From NCBI GenBank assembly GCA_019636615.1, contig JAHBXF010000002.1:1-64000 (forward strand): DNA of 64,000 bases, read 5' to 3'. This DNA is from Phycisphaeraceae bacterium (GTDB lineage Bacteria; Planctomycetota; Phycisphaerae; Phycisphaerales; UBA1924). A model generated the notes under the pieces. That model saw nothing but the letters and a program-made list of their open reading frames with translations, had not been told where the DNA came from and did not search any database. A program made the translations under genes and the position numbers. Shown in pieces: positions 31,701 to 41,500 of this stretch. How positions within the stretch are numbered: the first letter of the stretch is position 1; each line of letters opens with the position of its first letter.

Positions 31701-32308
31701 TCACGTTGACGCACGGTGCGCTGCTCGCGGCCAGCAACGCCAGCGACACGGACGGCGACGACATCTCGTTCATCATCATGCGCGTCACCAAGGGTGTGCT
31801 GACCAGGAACGGGGCGCCGGTGACGGCGGGCACAACCACCATCGGCCCCGGCGAGTCGCTGGTGTGGACGCCGGACGCCAAAGCCTCGGGCAACGTGCGT
31901 GCCTTCACCGTGCTCGCCACGGATGGAGCGGGACGGACGCTCAAAGCCGTGCCGGTGACCATCGTTGTGAACGCCGCGCCGACATTGACCTCCGTGAAAC
32001 TCTTCCGCCTTGCGCCCGATGAACTCGGGGATGTCGTGATTCCCTTCGACCTGATGCTGAAGAACTCGAACGCCAAGGACAGGAACAAAGACGCGATCAC
32101 CTTCCGCATCGAGTCTGTGTTCGAGGGCGGTACGCTGTCGATCGATGGAGTCGGCGTGACACCGGGTCAAACCCTCTTCTCGCCGGGGCAGTCTCTCGTC
32201 TTCAGGCCTTCCACGCTGGGTATCAGCACGCCGGCATTCACGCTGCGGGCCTTCGACGGCAGGCTGCTGTCGCAGGGTTCACCAACGGTCAGCGTTCGGG
32301 CCGGTTGA
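28721..32308 (+). CDS. Secreted S8 subtilisin-like serine protease with a poly-Gly linker, four PPC (pre-peptidase C-terminal) domains and two Ig/cadherin-like C-terminal repeats
   Basis: Catalytic triad motifs VAVLDTGVD, HGTHVAGII and GGTSQAAPVVAG. N-terminal planctomycete-type ETLEARCLLN motif. Four ~140-aa repeats, each with D-x-DxxxF/Y and NDD motifs. 1195 aa. Confidence 0.8.
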   Translation: MMRTYPQPFIETLEARCLLNAAFDLIGLTQLRSDPVFAGIDGSGIGVAVLDTGVDRTHTLLSVGFLAGRNIPDGGDNPIDRDGHGTHVAGIIGARDPEIGVATDAGLIGVKVLRDDGRGTFTDIRNGLRWVYDNRTQFNIKVVNMSLGSGFYTSINQVSGDILLSEVRRLEAAGITVVSAGGNSFKNNEYQNFAAPGIYSTLVVGALWKDGTARSVRWGDGAVDFTTGAGRITSFSQRLVAPNTIFAPGAFMRSTVPGNRFDNMGGTSQAAPVVAGAVALMQEAAQQFGGRFLDPSEVRTIITSTAVTIFDGDDEDDNVQNTNVNYPRLDVYAALREVRRLLTGIDDGGGGGGGGGGGGGGGGGGGGGGGGGDANPDPNGTIAGAFLMQPGLDGSQTLTAAGRIGVDFGTNEVGPADVDMFRFSLLSGGTVTIRLTPDLSNRDDFDTVLRLFNESGSQIAFNDDVGDDRYSTISIALSPGTYFAGVSGFGNSTYNPAGGGRQNGETGNYVIEFSLTNSDPNGLFSGAVEVDFGTDRTPTRFAGFIGADYGQPVGTSDVDMFKVVAPDTGTLVVNIDTPFLNGFVDSYVRIFDEGGNELTFSDDDLAPDEFVGLDGRVFRLGAGAFVGHQTDSFVALNVERGKTYYVAVSDFANRTYDPTTLEGRLPTGPGGFYDILLRFVSVDSDGTITQSLSSAPLFLPFGPLVSSIGVDPSPAGGFQQVGDKDVDFYRIRVQRSSLVEIEVNASSGSFPDNPSPFDAVLFLYDAQGRLLATNDDFIGLDPVLQFVADRNTDYFVAVAGFGNSSFDPFASGSGTPGETGTYRITGRLFSASSVKMVSDDAISHGRIQTVAAGDTIRGILGDDLGYVSGNADVDLYRFVAPANGVLSALTDGFDAFSANTVLRIFESSGKELAFNDDRDENTRGSFAAATVRAGKTYFIGVSGSSDKPRAYNPRKIGTAVPGSTGGYQLEVAFNAAPTLTAVAPIAGADAGVPFTLTHGALLAASNASDTDGDDISFIIMRVTKGVLTRNGAPVTAGTTTIGPGESLVWTPDAKASGNVRAFTVLATDGAGRTLKAVPVTIVVNAAPTLTSVKLFRLAPDELGDVVIPFDLMLKNSNAKDRNKDAITFRIESVFEGGTLSIDGVGVTPGQTLFSPGQSLVFRPSTLGISTPAFTLRAFDGRLLSQGSPTVSVRAG
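29762..29836 (+). repeat. (GGY)25 trinucleotide microsatellite encoding a 25-glycine linker inside the subtilase gene
   Basis: Seen directly: uninterrupted GGC/GGT/GGG/GGA codons from 29762 to 29836. Confidence 0.85.
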
Positions 32309-32717
32309 GATCGGGGGACCATCGTGCGAGCAGAACGCCGGTGAGCCACGCCGCGAGGCAGCCCGCGGCCACGCCCAGCACATTGGCCAGAAAGTCGTCC
32401 CAGCCGGCGTGCCGGCGGATCCACGGGATCGCCTGGGTGCCCTCGTCAAAGGCGGCGTAGGCCAGCGAGACCATCGCGGTCGAGCGGATGTTGCGCCACG
32501 ACCATCGGGCACCGAACCACCCGCACGCGCACGCGATGTAGGTCCACCCGCCGAAGACAACAAGGTGCGCGATGATGTCCGTGCGGCGCACCGGGTTTGG
32601 CACCTGCAGCGCGGGCCAATGCGTGAGCGTGAAGACGAGCGCCGCGTAACACCAGAAAACGATGCGCACCCGGCGCACCGTGAGTGCCTGCGTGATGCGA
32701 GCCACAGCGCCGGCCAT
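32289..32717 (-). CDS. VanZ-family membrane protein
   Basis: Start at the internal Met (MAGAVARI, ATG 32715-32717), which overlaps the ParA stop (TGATG). Four TM helices and a conserved AFDEGTQ motif, typical of VanZ-like proteins. Confidence 0.6.
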   Translation of the reverse strand: MAGAVARITQALTVRRVRIVFWCYAALVFTLTHWPALQVPNPVRRTDIIAHLVVFGGWTYIACACGWFGARWSWRNIRSTAMVSLAYAAFDEGTQAIPWIRRHAGWDDFLANVLGVAAGCLAAWLTGVLLARWSPDLNRPER

Positions 32718-33652
32718 CAGCGGGGCTGCTCCGCCGCGGCGGGCGGCGAGGGAACGACGATCTCCGGTACCGGCGGCTCTGCCGTGTGCATCGCGGGTGG
32801 CGGCGCGGGCTGGGCTGTTCGGCGGGAGAGCATCGCGTCCCACTCGCGCAGTAGACCTTCCGCCAGGGCGCGGTAGTCCTCTGCGCCCGGCGCACCCGGC
32901 GCGTAGTCGAAGATCGTCTGCCCGAAACTCGGGCACTCGGCCAGTTTGATGTTCCGGCGGATCGGCGGGCGTATGACCCGGGCGAACTTCCACGGAGACT
33001 CCTGCGCCCGCGCGGCCTCGAAAAACCGGTCGAGGTCGGCAACCACCTCGCGCGTGTGCGATGACGAGGCATCGTGCATGCACAGCACGACGCCTGTCAC
33101 CCGAAGACGCGGATTCACAGACCTGCTCACGGCGGCGACGGTCTCGAGCAGTTTCCCAACGCCCTGCAGCGCGAGGAAGTGCGCCTGCATGGGGATGATC
33201 ACTTCACGCGCGGCCGCGAGGGCGTTGATCGTGAGCAGGCCCAGCGAGGGGGGGCAGTCGATCAGCACGAACTCGAATCGCCCGCCGAAACTCGCCAGCG
33301 CGCGCTCGAGCCGGTGCTGGCGATCGGGCAGGTTTGCCAACTGCGTCTCGGCCGCGGCCAGGTCGGTGTGGCTGGGAAGAACGGCGAGATTCTCGCCCAC
33401 CTCACGCACAACGGCCGCGGGGGACACGGTGTCGTCAACAAGAACGTCAAAAACGCTGTGCGTCAGAGCGTCGGCGTCGACCCCGAGGTGCAACGTGGCG
33501 TGCGCCTGCGGGTCAAGATCGACCAGAAGCGTGGGCCGCCCCGACCGGGCGAGCGCGGCGGCCAAGTTCACGGTTGTCGTGGTTTTGCCCACGCCGCCCT
33601 TCTGGTTCATCAGGGCGATCTGGCGTACGGGTTTGGGCGGCGTCTGCTGCAT
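32717..33652 (-). CDS. ParA/Soj/MinD-family P-loop ATPase
   Basis: Deviant Walker A (MNQKGGVGKTTTTVNLAAALA). LVDLDPQ and VLIDCPPSLG motifs. Start at MQQTPPKP (ATG 33650-33652). Confidence 0.75.
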   Translation of the reverse strand: MQQTPPKPVRQIALMNQKGGVGKTTTTVNLAAALARSGRPTLLVDLDPQAHATLHLGVDADALTHSVFDVLVDDTVSPAAVVREVGENLAVLPSHTDLAAAETQLANLPDRQHRLERALASFGGRFEFVLIDCPPSLGLLTINALAAAREVIIPMQAHFLALQGVGKLLETVAAVSRSVNPRLRVTGVVLCMHDASSSHTREVVADLDRFFEAARAQESPWKFARVIRPPIRRNIKLAECPSFGQTIFDYAPGAPGAEDYRALAEGLLREWDAMLSRRTAQPAPPPAMHTAEPPVPEIVVPSPPAAAEQPR

Positions 33653-33725
33653 TCGGGGCAAGGATACAGCCCCGGGCGGCCCCGGGCCGGGTGGCATGGA
33701 CGGGATCTCTCAGCGGGCCGACCGG

Positions 33726-35147
33726 CTAGCGGGCGGCCCCGGCAACCGGATCTTTGCCTACGACGGCCGGCGAGGCGGAGGGGAGTGCCGCGGCCGCCTG
33801 CGCGGCGGGTTGATCCACAGCAGCGGCCTGCGCCTCGATGGACTTCTTGCGGGCGATTTTGATGGCAATGACCCCGATGAAGGCCGCCAGGATCAGGGTC
33901 AACACATAGATGATCCGCGCTCGCAGCAGCGTCACCGCCGCCCCGAGCACCGCGAAGGAAATGGCGATGCCGTAGAGCGAGGCGACCGCCCCCTTCACGC
34001 CCAGCGCTCGCTTGAGCATGTGGTGCAGGTGCTGGTCGTCCGCGGCGGAGATACTCCGCCCTTCCATCTTGCGCCGGACAATCGCCAGGCTGGTGTCGAT
34101 GATCGGCACGGCGTAGATGATGAGCCCCGCGGCAACGAGGAAGGTCTTGCCGGTGTCGCCCAGCGTGAGAATGATCGCGCACGTGCAGAACCCGAGCATG
34201 AGAGAGCCGGCGTCCCCCAGGAAGATCGTGGCCGGGTTGAAGTTGTGCGGCAGGAAACCCAGGCACGCGCCCAGCAGGGCCAGGCACAGGATGATGCGCT
34301 GCGCATCGCGGAAACCGTCGTCGATATACGCCAGGCCCAGCGCCACAACCAGCAGGCCCATGGCCGCGATGGCGGTGACGCCGCTGAGAAGCCCGTCGAG
34401 CCCGTCGATCAGGTTCGAGGCGTTGCACAGGCCCAGCACCGAGATGGCGATGATCGCCGTGCCGATCCAATAGACAAAGTCGATGGGGATGCCGTCGACC
34501 GGGCCGAGGGCCACCGGCAGCGGTATGGTGACCATGAGCGTCTCATACCCCGCGTGCATGGTGGTGGGGATGCCCACCGCCTTGGCCAGCGGGAGCATGA
34601 TCCCCTGCGCCAGTTTCACGCCGACATTGTCGATGGCCAGGGCCGCGGCGGCGATGAGTTGCCCGCCGATCTTCACACGGGGGCTGATGCCCGAGACATC
34701 GTCGATGACGCCGACGAGCATGATGATCGTGAGCCCCAGCAGGATCGACAGGGGAACGGGGAAGTGCAGGTTGCTGTCGTTGAGGTATTTCGTGGGGTGC
34801 CACTGGATGAGCACGTCGGGGAGTTTGGCCGCGACGTAGGAGTAGAAGATGCCCGCGAGTATGCCCAGGTACACCGCCACCCCGCCCAGATAGGCGATGG
34901 GCATGCGGTGAACCTTGCGTGCCTCGCTCGGGCGGTCGATGACGCCGTTGGCGACCGCCAGACGCCGCATGAGCGGCGTGGCCAGCAGCGCGACGAGGAA
35001 CGAGATCACCAGCACGCCGATGTACCCCTCGAAGATGGCGAGACGCCCTTCATGCGCGGGGCCGCTCGCGGCATTCTCGGCCGGGAGGCCCTCAAGCCCC
35101 AGTCCGGGGATGAAGCCGGGGTCGAGTTGGGCGAGGAGCGGGATCAC
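33726..35147 (-). CDS. wecA: Glycosyltransferase family 4 polyprenyl-phosphate hexosamine-1-phosphate transferase (WecA/MraY family)
   Basis: NASNLIDGLDGL, DDVSGISPRVK and multi-TM topology. Start chosen at GTG 35145-35147, which forms a GTGA overlap with the upstream epimerase stop and has GGAGG 9 nt upstream. The ORF-track ATG at 35231 is the alternative. Confidence 0.65.
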   Translation of the reverse strand: MIPLLAQLDPGFIPGLGLEGLPAENAASGPAHEGRLAIFEGYIGVLVISFLVALLATPLMRRLAVANGVIDRPSEARKVHRMPIAYLGGVAVYLGILAGIFYSYVAAKLPDVLIQWHPTKYLNDSNLHFPVPLSILLGLTIIMLVGVIDDVSGISPRVKIGGQLIAAAALAIDNVGVKLAQGIMLPLAKAVGIPTTMHAGYETLMVTIPLPVALGPVDGIPIDFVYWIGTAIIAISVLGLCNASNLIDGLDGLLSGVTAIAAMGLLVVALGLAYIDDGFRDAQRIILCLALLGACLGFLPHNFNPATIFLGDAGSLMLGFCTCAIILTLGDTGKTFLVAAGLIIYAVPIIDTSLAIVRRKMEGRSISAADDQHLHHMLKRALGVKGAVASLYGIAISFAVLGAAVTLLRARIIYVLTLILAAFIGVIAIKIARKKSIEAQAAAVDQPAAQAAAALPSASPAVVGKDPVAGAAR

Positions 35148-36226
35148 GGGCGAACCTCCGGGGCCGGGCCGGTGCCGGCGTGCTCTAGCGTTGACCAGTC
35201 CGCCGCGGGGCCCCGCCCCGAACGGATCCACGCCGCGACATCGGCGATGGTCTGATCGAGCGGGATTCCCGGCGAGAACCCGATGCAGCGTCGGATGCGG
35301 GTGAGGTCGGGCTTGCGGTGGCGCAAGTCCTCGAAACCCGGCCCGTACGCCTCAGTGTATCGGAGGTGACGCGGGGAAGACTTTGACCCTGTCACCCGGA
35401 TGACGGCGGATGCCAGATCGTTCATCGAAATCGGCTGGTCGGCGCCGACGTTGTAGACGGTGCCCGCCGCGCCGGGGGATTCGAGCAGGCGGGGCAGGGC
35501 GCGGGTGGTGTCGCGGACATCGCAGAAACACCTTGTCTGTTCGCCGTCGCCGTAGACATCGAGGGGTTCGCCGGCGAGGGCGGCGGCGATGAAGCGGGGC
35601 AGCACCATGCCATAGTCGCCCACCTGGCCGGGGCCAACGGTGTTGAAGAATCTGGCGACCACGACGGGCAGTGTGCGCGTGCCGTGATAGGCCAGCGCGA
35701 GATACTCGTCGAGCGCCTTGCTCATGGCGTACGACCACCTGGGCATGGTCGTGGGCCCGTACACGACGTCGTCGTCTTCTGAAAAAGGCACGTTGGTAGA
35801 CTTGCCGTACACCTCAGAACTCGATGCGATGAGCGTCGGCGCCGGGGCGCCGCCGGGGCCGCGGCTGACGGCGAACCGCAGCAGCGCGGAGGTCTGGTGC
35901 ACGTTGGTATCGATCGCGCCGATGGGGTCGGCGAGGATGAGTTTCACACCCACCGCCGCGGCCAGGTGGTAGATCTCGTCGAAAGTTTCCGAAGGCTCGA
36001 AGCCGGCGAGCGCGTCTGAGAGGTCGGCGTGGATGAACCGCAGGCGCGGGTGCTGGGCCGGGAGGTTGATGCGCCGCCCGGTGCTGAGGTTGTCAACGAC
36101 GCAGACGTGAGCACCCTGGGCGATCAGCAGGCGCGTGAGGTGTGAGCCGATGAACCCGGCCCCGCCGGTGATAAGCACGCGGCGGGGGTTGCGCCCCGTG
36201 GGGGAGTCGTCGGCCCGCGTGGTCAC
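35144..36226 (-). CDS. NAD-dependent sugar-nucleotide epimerase/dehydratase (SDR family)
   Basis: Rossmann motif VLITGGAGFIGSH, catalytic YAMSK (YxxxK) and the typical overall SDR-epimerase layout. 4-nt overlap with the Wzc stop. Confidence 0.8.
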   Translation of the reverse strand: MTTRADDSPTGRNPRRVLITGGAGFIGSHLTRLLIAQGAHVCVVDNLSTGRRINLPAQHPRLRFIHADLSDALAGFEPSETFDEIYHLAAAVGVKLILADPIGAIDTNVHQTSALLRFAVSRGPGGAPAPTLIASSSEVYGKSTNVPFSEDDDVVYGPTTMPRWSYAMSKALDEYLALAYHGTRTLPVVVARFFNTVGPGQVGDYGMVLPRFIAAALAGEPLDVYGDGEQTRCFCDVRDTTRALPRLLESPGAAGTVYNVGADQPISMNDLASAVIRVTGSKSSPRHLRYTEAYGPGFEDLRHRKPDLTRIRRCIGFSPGIPLDQTIADVAAWIRSGRGPAADWSTLEHAGTGPAPEVRP

Positions 36227-38433
36227 GCCTTGGTGTACTCAGAAGCGGTGCGGATGTTGCCGCGGAGGTACCCGCCGGCCGAGGAACGCACGCCGTTGAC
36301 GACCACCCCGAGGAACTCGGAACGGGCATCGGCGAGTTCGTTGCGGAGGCGGGCGACCATGCCGCGCTTGTCGCTCATGGCACGCACGACGAGGATGCTG
36401 GCATCGGCGCGCTGGGCCAGGGCCAGGCCATCACCCGCGACAACCGCGGGGGCGACATCGACAAGGACGATGTCGTAGTTGGCCTTGGCGAAGGCGAGCA
36501 CGTCCCCCTTGGCGGCGGCGGAGAGACGCTCGACCACGCGGAACTCCTTCGCACCCGCAGAGAGCAGGTCAACATTGGGGATGCTCGTGTGCTGCACGCT
36601 CTGCTCGAGCGTTTTCTTGCCCGAGAGGATGTCGGCCAGGCCCGGGGCCTCCTGAGCGCCAAAGACGCGGTGGAGCGAGGGGCGGCGGAGGTTGGCGTCG
36701 ATGACAAGCACCTTCTTGTCGGCCGCGGCCAGCGCGAGCGCGAGGTTCGCGGTGACAGAGGATGCGCCGGCGCCCGGCATGCCCGCCATGACGAGAATGA
36801 CCCGGTGGCCGGCGTGTTCGACGCGCTTGGAGAGGGCCGAGCGCAGTTGCCGGTAACTCTCGGCGACGACACCTCTCGGGCGGTCGCGGAAGGCCGTCTC
36901 GGGAGAGCCCGTGCCCTCGGGGTCTTCGGCGGCGTCGGGCACCCAGCCCAGGAGTTTCATGCGTGGCATGAGGGTGATGTCGGCGGGCCCCTTGACGCGC
37001 TGGTCGGCGATCTCACGGATGACGATGATGCCGCCGACAAGGCCGATGCCCACGATGATCCCCAGCGGGATCATGAACTTGAGTTGCGGGAAGGAAAGTT
37101 CGGAGGGAACCCGCTCACGCTGATACTCGATCACGCGGTTCGAGCGTGTGAGCTGGCTCATGCTGATGATCTTCTGCAGCGCGGCCTGGTTCTCGCCCTT
37201 GGTTCTCAGCAGGTTGTCGATCTGGCGGTCGATATCGAGGATTTCGGTCTGGAGCTGCGCGAGGGAGACGAGGCGCGTCGTGGTCTCCTCGCGCTTCTGC
37301 ACGAGTTCGGCCTCCTGCGCTTCGAGCGAGGCCACGGCCTTGGCGAGGCGGTCGAGTTGAGAGTCAAAGATGCGGCGCAGCGTGTTGTTGAGCGTCTCGG
37401 CAAGGTTCTGCTTCACGCCTTCGATGCGGGCCGCGACGGCGCGGAACTCGCGGTGGTCCCGCCCCATGCCGCGGTTGAGCAGGCCCTGCTGCTCTGATTC
37501 GAGCCTGCCCAGGGTGCCCTTGAGGTCAAGCACGATCGGGTCACGCTCGGCTGCCTCCCGGTACTCATCGGCGAACGAGAAACCCTGGGGGTTGCCCAGT
37601 TCGTCACGCATCATCGAGAGTTGCTTGCGGGCCGCGGTGAGGTCTTGTCGCACGGTGAGGGACTGGGCATTGATGCCCTGGAGTTGAACCTGCGTGGCGT
37701 TGACACGTTCATCGATCGATTCGAGTTTGTCGCTCTCGATGATGCGGCGGCGGCGCAGTTGAAGGCCGGCCACTTCGTTGTCGATGCGGGTGATGGTGTC
37801 GCGCAGTGACTTGGTGCGGTCGTCCTGTTCGATCTGCCCCTGGTTGGCGAGCACCGCAAGGTACTTCTCCCGCACCAGGCCGATGATGGCGGTGGCGTCT
37901 TCGCGGTAGCGATGGCTGTACGAGAGTTCGATGAGCGAGGTGTTCGGATAGACACGGGCGCCAAGGTCGTTCTTCAGCACACGCAGCGCACGGGCAGAGT
38001 TGAACCGCCTCTCGCCTGTCTGCGGATCCGTGCGCATGTAGCGCGATGTCCAGTTCGCCGCGTTCTGCTGCAGCGAGGGGTCGTCCACCACACGCGTGAG
38101 CACTGGGTCTGAGGTCAGAATACGGATCTGCGTCTGCATGAACCGGTTCATTTCCTCCGCGTTGACGATACCCACCGTGGTCGTGATGTCTTCCGCGGGC
38201 GGGGTGACCTGAAAGACCGCGATGGGCTTCCACCGGGGGAAGAACTGTTCGCAGAAGTAGTGAGCACCCACGCCGAGCAGCGCTCCAAGGCCGGCCGCGG
38301 CCACCAGCAGCCACTTGTGCCGGTTCAGCAGTTTGACCGGATCGATCGTCACCGCCTGCGCGGCGGTAGCGGCCCCGCCCGATCGGTTGGCAGGGTTGAT
38401 CGCGGCGGGCGGGTTGGTGGGGAGCGTCGTCAT
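36223..38433 (-). CDS. Polysaccharide co-polymerase/tyrosine autokinase (Wzc/GumC-like) with a C-terminal Walker-A kinase domain
   Basis: N-terminal TM, long coiled-coil periplasmic region, second TM, then the kinase domain (VILVMAGMPGAGASSVTANLALALA..VLVIDANLRRP). 736 aa. Confidence 0.75.
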   Translation of the reverse strand: MTTLPTNPPAAINPANRSGGAATAAQAVTIDPVKLLNRHKWLLVAAAGLGALLGVGAHYFCEQFFPRWKPIAVFQVTPPAEDITTTVGIVNAEEMNRFMQTQIRILTSDPVLTRVVDDPSLQQNAANWTSRYMRTDPQTGERRFNSARALRVLKNDLGARVYPNTSLIELSYSHRYREDATAIIGLVREKYLAVLANQGQIEQDDRTKSLRDTITRIDNEVAGLQLRRRRIIESDKLESIDERVNATQVQLQGINAQSLTVRQDLTAARKQLSMMRDELGNPQGFSFADEYREAAERDPIVLDLKGTLGRLESEQQGLLNRGMGRDHREFRAVAARIEGVKQNLAETLNNTLRRIFDSQLDRLAKAVASLEAQEAELVQKREETTTRLVSLAQLQTEILDIDRQIDNLLRTKGENQAALQKIISMSQLTRSNRVIEYQRERVPSELSFPQLKFMIPLGIIVGIGLVGGIIVIREIADQRVKGPADITLMPRMKLLGWVPDAAEDPEGTGSPETAFRDRPRGVVAESYRQLRSALSKRVEHAGHRVILVMAGMPGAGASSVTANLALALAAADKKVLVIDANLRRPSLHRVFGAQEAPGLADILSGKKTLEQSVQHTSIPNVDLLSAGAKEFRVVERLSAAAKGDVLAFAKANYDIVLVDVAPAVVAGDGLALAQRADASILVVRAMSDKRGMVARLRNELADARSEFLGVVVNGVRSSAGGYLRGNIRTASEYTKA

Positions 38434-38561
38434 CGTTGAGTTCCTATCGGCGGATCTTGGCGAGCATGATCCATGGAGATCGTGCCGGGGGGGATGTCAA
38501 AGGGGAGTATCGGGGAGATGTAGGTAGAGTGGCGATTGTTCGGGGGCTGGGCCCCAGAGTC

Positions 38562-41500
38562 TTATGGGGCCTCGATCTTCTTTCGAAGTTCACCCAGACG
38601 CTCGCGGAGTTCATCCCCGATCTGGGCTGCGTCTGCCTCAGCGGCCTTCGCGGCCTCGGAAAGGGCTCTGCGGGCCTCTTCACGCTTGCCGGCCTCGAAG
38701 AGGGTCTCGGCAAGGTGCAACGTGAAGTTTACGGTTTGTTGGGGTGTGCTGGCGAGCAGGATCGCCCTTCGGAAGGCCGCCGCGGCATCGTCGTACCGCT
38801 TGTTCTTCAGGTACACCGTGCCCAGGGTGTCCTGAACATCGGCCACGGCCGGGGTGAGCGAGGCGGCTTTCTCGGCCAGATCAACCGCCTCGGGGGCGCG
38901 GTCGAGTTTGGTGGCGAGGATGAACGCCAGGTTGTTGGTGAGTTCCACATCGTTGCTGAACTGGCCAAGGCCTTCGCGCATCAGGCGCGCGGCCTCCTGA
39001 TATTCACCTCCGCCGTACAAAGCCGAACCGATCGAGCGGTAGAGGAGCTGACGGATGGACATGTCCTCGGCTTCGTTGAGAAGATCTCTCGCGGCCGGGA
39101 TCGTGGCCGAGCGTGTCTCGGGATCGTCCAGATTGGTGCTCACCACAAAGTACCGCAGCCACTCCTGGGCGCGCGATGCCGCGGCGAGTTTGGAGGTGTC
39201 GTCGAGGTATTTGAGCAGGTTCTGCTTGTTGGGGATCAGGCGACGCAGGTCGTTGAACCACGCGAGCATGACCATGGGCTCATCGGTGCGGAGCAGGCGC
39301 AGGGCGTCGCGGGCGGCGGCGTTGGCCTCGGCCACGCGGTTCTGCCGCATGGAGATCTTGGCCAGGGCCATGAGGAAGCCCGGGTTCTGGGTGACGCGCT
39401 GCGGGCCGAGGCGGTCGACAACCCGGCGTGCTTCGTTCACATCGGGCGGGTTGGCGTTGAGGAGCGAGTCGAGGTAGCGCTGGGCCACGGCGTCGGAGGT
39501 ATCGATCTCGAATGCCTGCCGGAAGAAGCGGGCCGCCTCAGAGTTGAACCCGGAGGATGCCATGATCTGGCCGATGGTCACCATGGCCGTGACATCGCGC
39601 GGGCGCTGCGAGAGAGCCTGGGTGGCGATGTCGAGCGCGTCGTTGACGCGCCCGCCCATGCGGAGAAGATCGGAGAGAAGCCCGTAGAGAAGTTCGTCGT
39701 TGCGGGGGGCGATTTTGAGCGCGGAGCGCAGGTCGTTGACCGCCTCTTCGACCTGGTCAAGCGTGACGTTGGCCGCGGCCCGCATTCTGAAGGCCTGCCA
39801 CATGTCGGGGCGGAGTTGGATGGCGCGGTTGAAGTCTGAGATGGCGTCGCGGGCGGTGCGGGGGTCGCCCAGGAGCGACTGGCCCCGCTTGAGGAAGACC
39901 ATGGGCTCGTTGGGGAACCTTGCGGTGGCGCGGTCGAGGGTGTTGCGCTGCCCGCGGGCGTCGTTGAGCCCGCCCTGGATGTCGGCCTGCAGGAGCAGGG
40001 TGAGCATGTCGGGCTCGCCCAGTTTGATGAGCGCGCCCAGTTCTGTTTCGGCGTCGCCGAAGTTGCCCAGTTTCACCAGCGATTCGATGAGCCGCTTGCG
40101 GTACATGTGGTCGGGGGTGTCGCTGCCCGCGGTGATGATGCGCCGGGCAATCAGCGAGGTCTGTTCGTAGTTGCCGATGCGCATGAAGACATCGATCAGG
40201 GCGCGGTCGGCTTCGGCGTTCTTGGGGTCTTGCAGGGTCCGGGCACGCTCGAGCACGGCCACCGCGTTCTCGAAGTCGTCGCGCTGCGCGAGGAACTGGG
40301 CGTAGAGCAGGTGCGCACGCAGCGCCTCGGTCTCGGCCGATGCACGCAGGAACTCGGCGAAGAGGCCCCGGGCCCGCTCTCGCTCACCCTGCTCCCAGAA
40401 GACCGCCGCGTCGAGGCTCAGAACGTCTGCCCCGTCCGAGAGCGTGCGGGCCCGATCGATGATCTCGCGGGCTTTGGTCCAGTTGCGTTCGCTCACATAG
40501 AGCGAGGCCAGCGCGATGAGGTTCGCCCTGTCGGTGGGGGTGGCCCGCGCGATGACCTCGCGCCGGTCGATCGCGGCGGATTTGTTCCCCACGGCCGCTT
40601 CCAGCGCCATCCACATGTTCAGGAAGTTGGCGTCGTTCCTGGCGTAGCGTTCAAACTCTCTGGCCGCGGCGAGCGCTTCCTCGTTGCGGCCAAGGTCGGT
40701 CAGGCCGATGATCAGGTCGTTGATGGTGGCGACGCTGTCGGGCTGCAGACGAACGGCCTGCCGGAACGAGGCGACGGCCTCCGCCTTGCGGCCCGAGACG
40801 TTCTCCATGCGGCCCTTGAGGCGCCACACCTCGGGCTGTGCCCCGCCCTTGGCGACGGCCGCTTCGATGGCCACGACCGCCTCGCGAACATTGCCCTGCG
40901 CCGCCAGCATGCGAGCGCGGAAGGTCAGGCCGTCCGCGTTGTCCATGTTCGCGCGGGTGGCGATGTCGGTGAGCGAGCCCGCCAGGGTCCAGTCTTTGTC
41001 GTCGAGCGCGTCGAGGAACCGGTACTCGACCACCCGGGGGTCGTTGGGCGCGAGCCGGACCGCCTGGGCCATTTCGGCCTTCGATTCTTCGGCGCGGCCC
41101 GCGCCGCGGAGAATCGCGTACCTGGCCATCACCTTGTCGAGTTCCGGCGCATCGCTGGAGTTGATCACCGCGATGCGCGCGGCGATGTCGTCTTCGGCGT
41201 TCACGGCCATCTGGTACTGCAGCAACTGCGGGCTGCTCGGGTGAATCTCGAGGGCTCTGCTGACGAGCGCCGCGGCTTCTTGCCGCTTGCCGTCACGCAG
41301 CAGCGCGTTGCCCAGCGAAACGACGATGCGCCAATCGTGGTTGTGCTCGTTGATCGCTCGTCGCAGGAACGGGATGAGTTCTTCCGGGCGGGCCTGGCGG
41401 CCGGCGGGCGGCTCAACAAGATCCTGAGCCTGGCGTAGCGTCGCGACAACGGGGTCGGACGAAACGGCACGCCCCTGGATGACGCGGATGGCCTCGATGC

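Noticed and set aside
38436-39839. 467-aa plus-strand ORF
   Set aside because: It is antisense to the PrsT-like TPR giant. The TPR periodicity is evident only in the minus frame.
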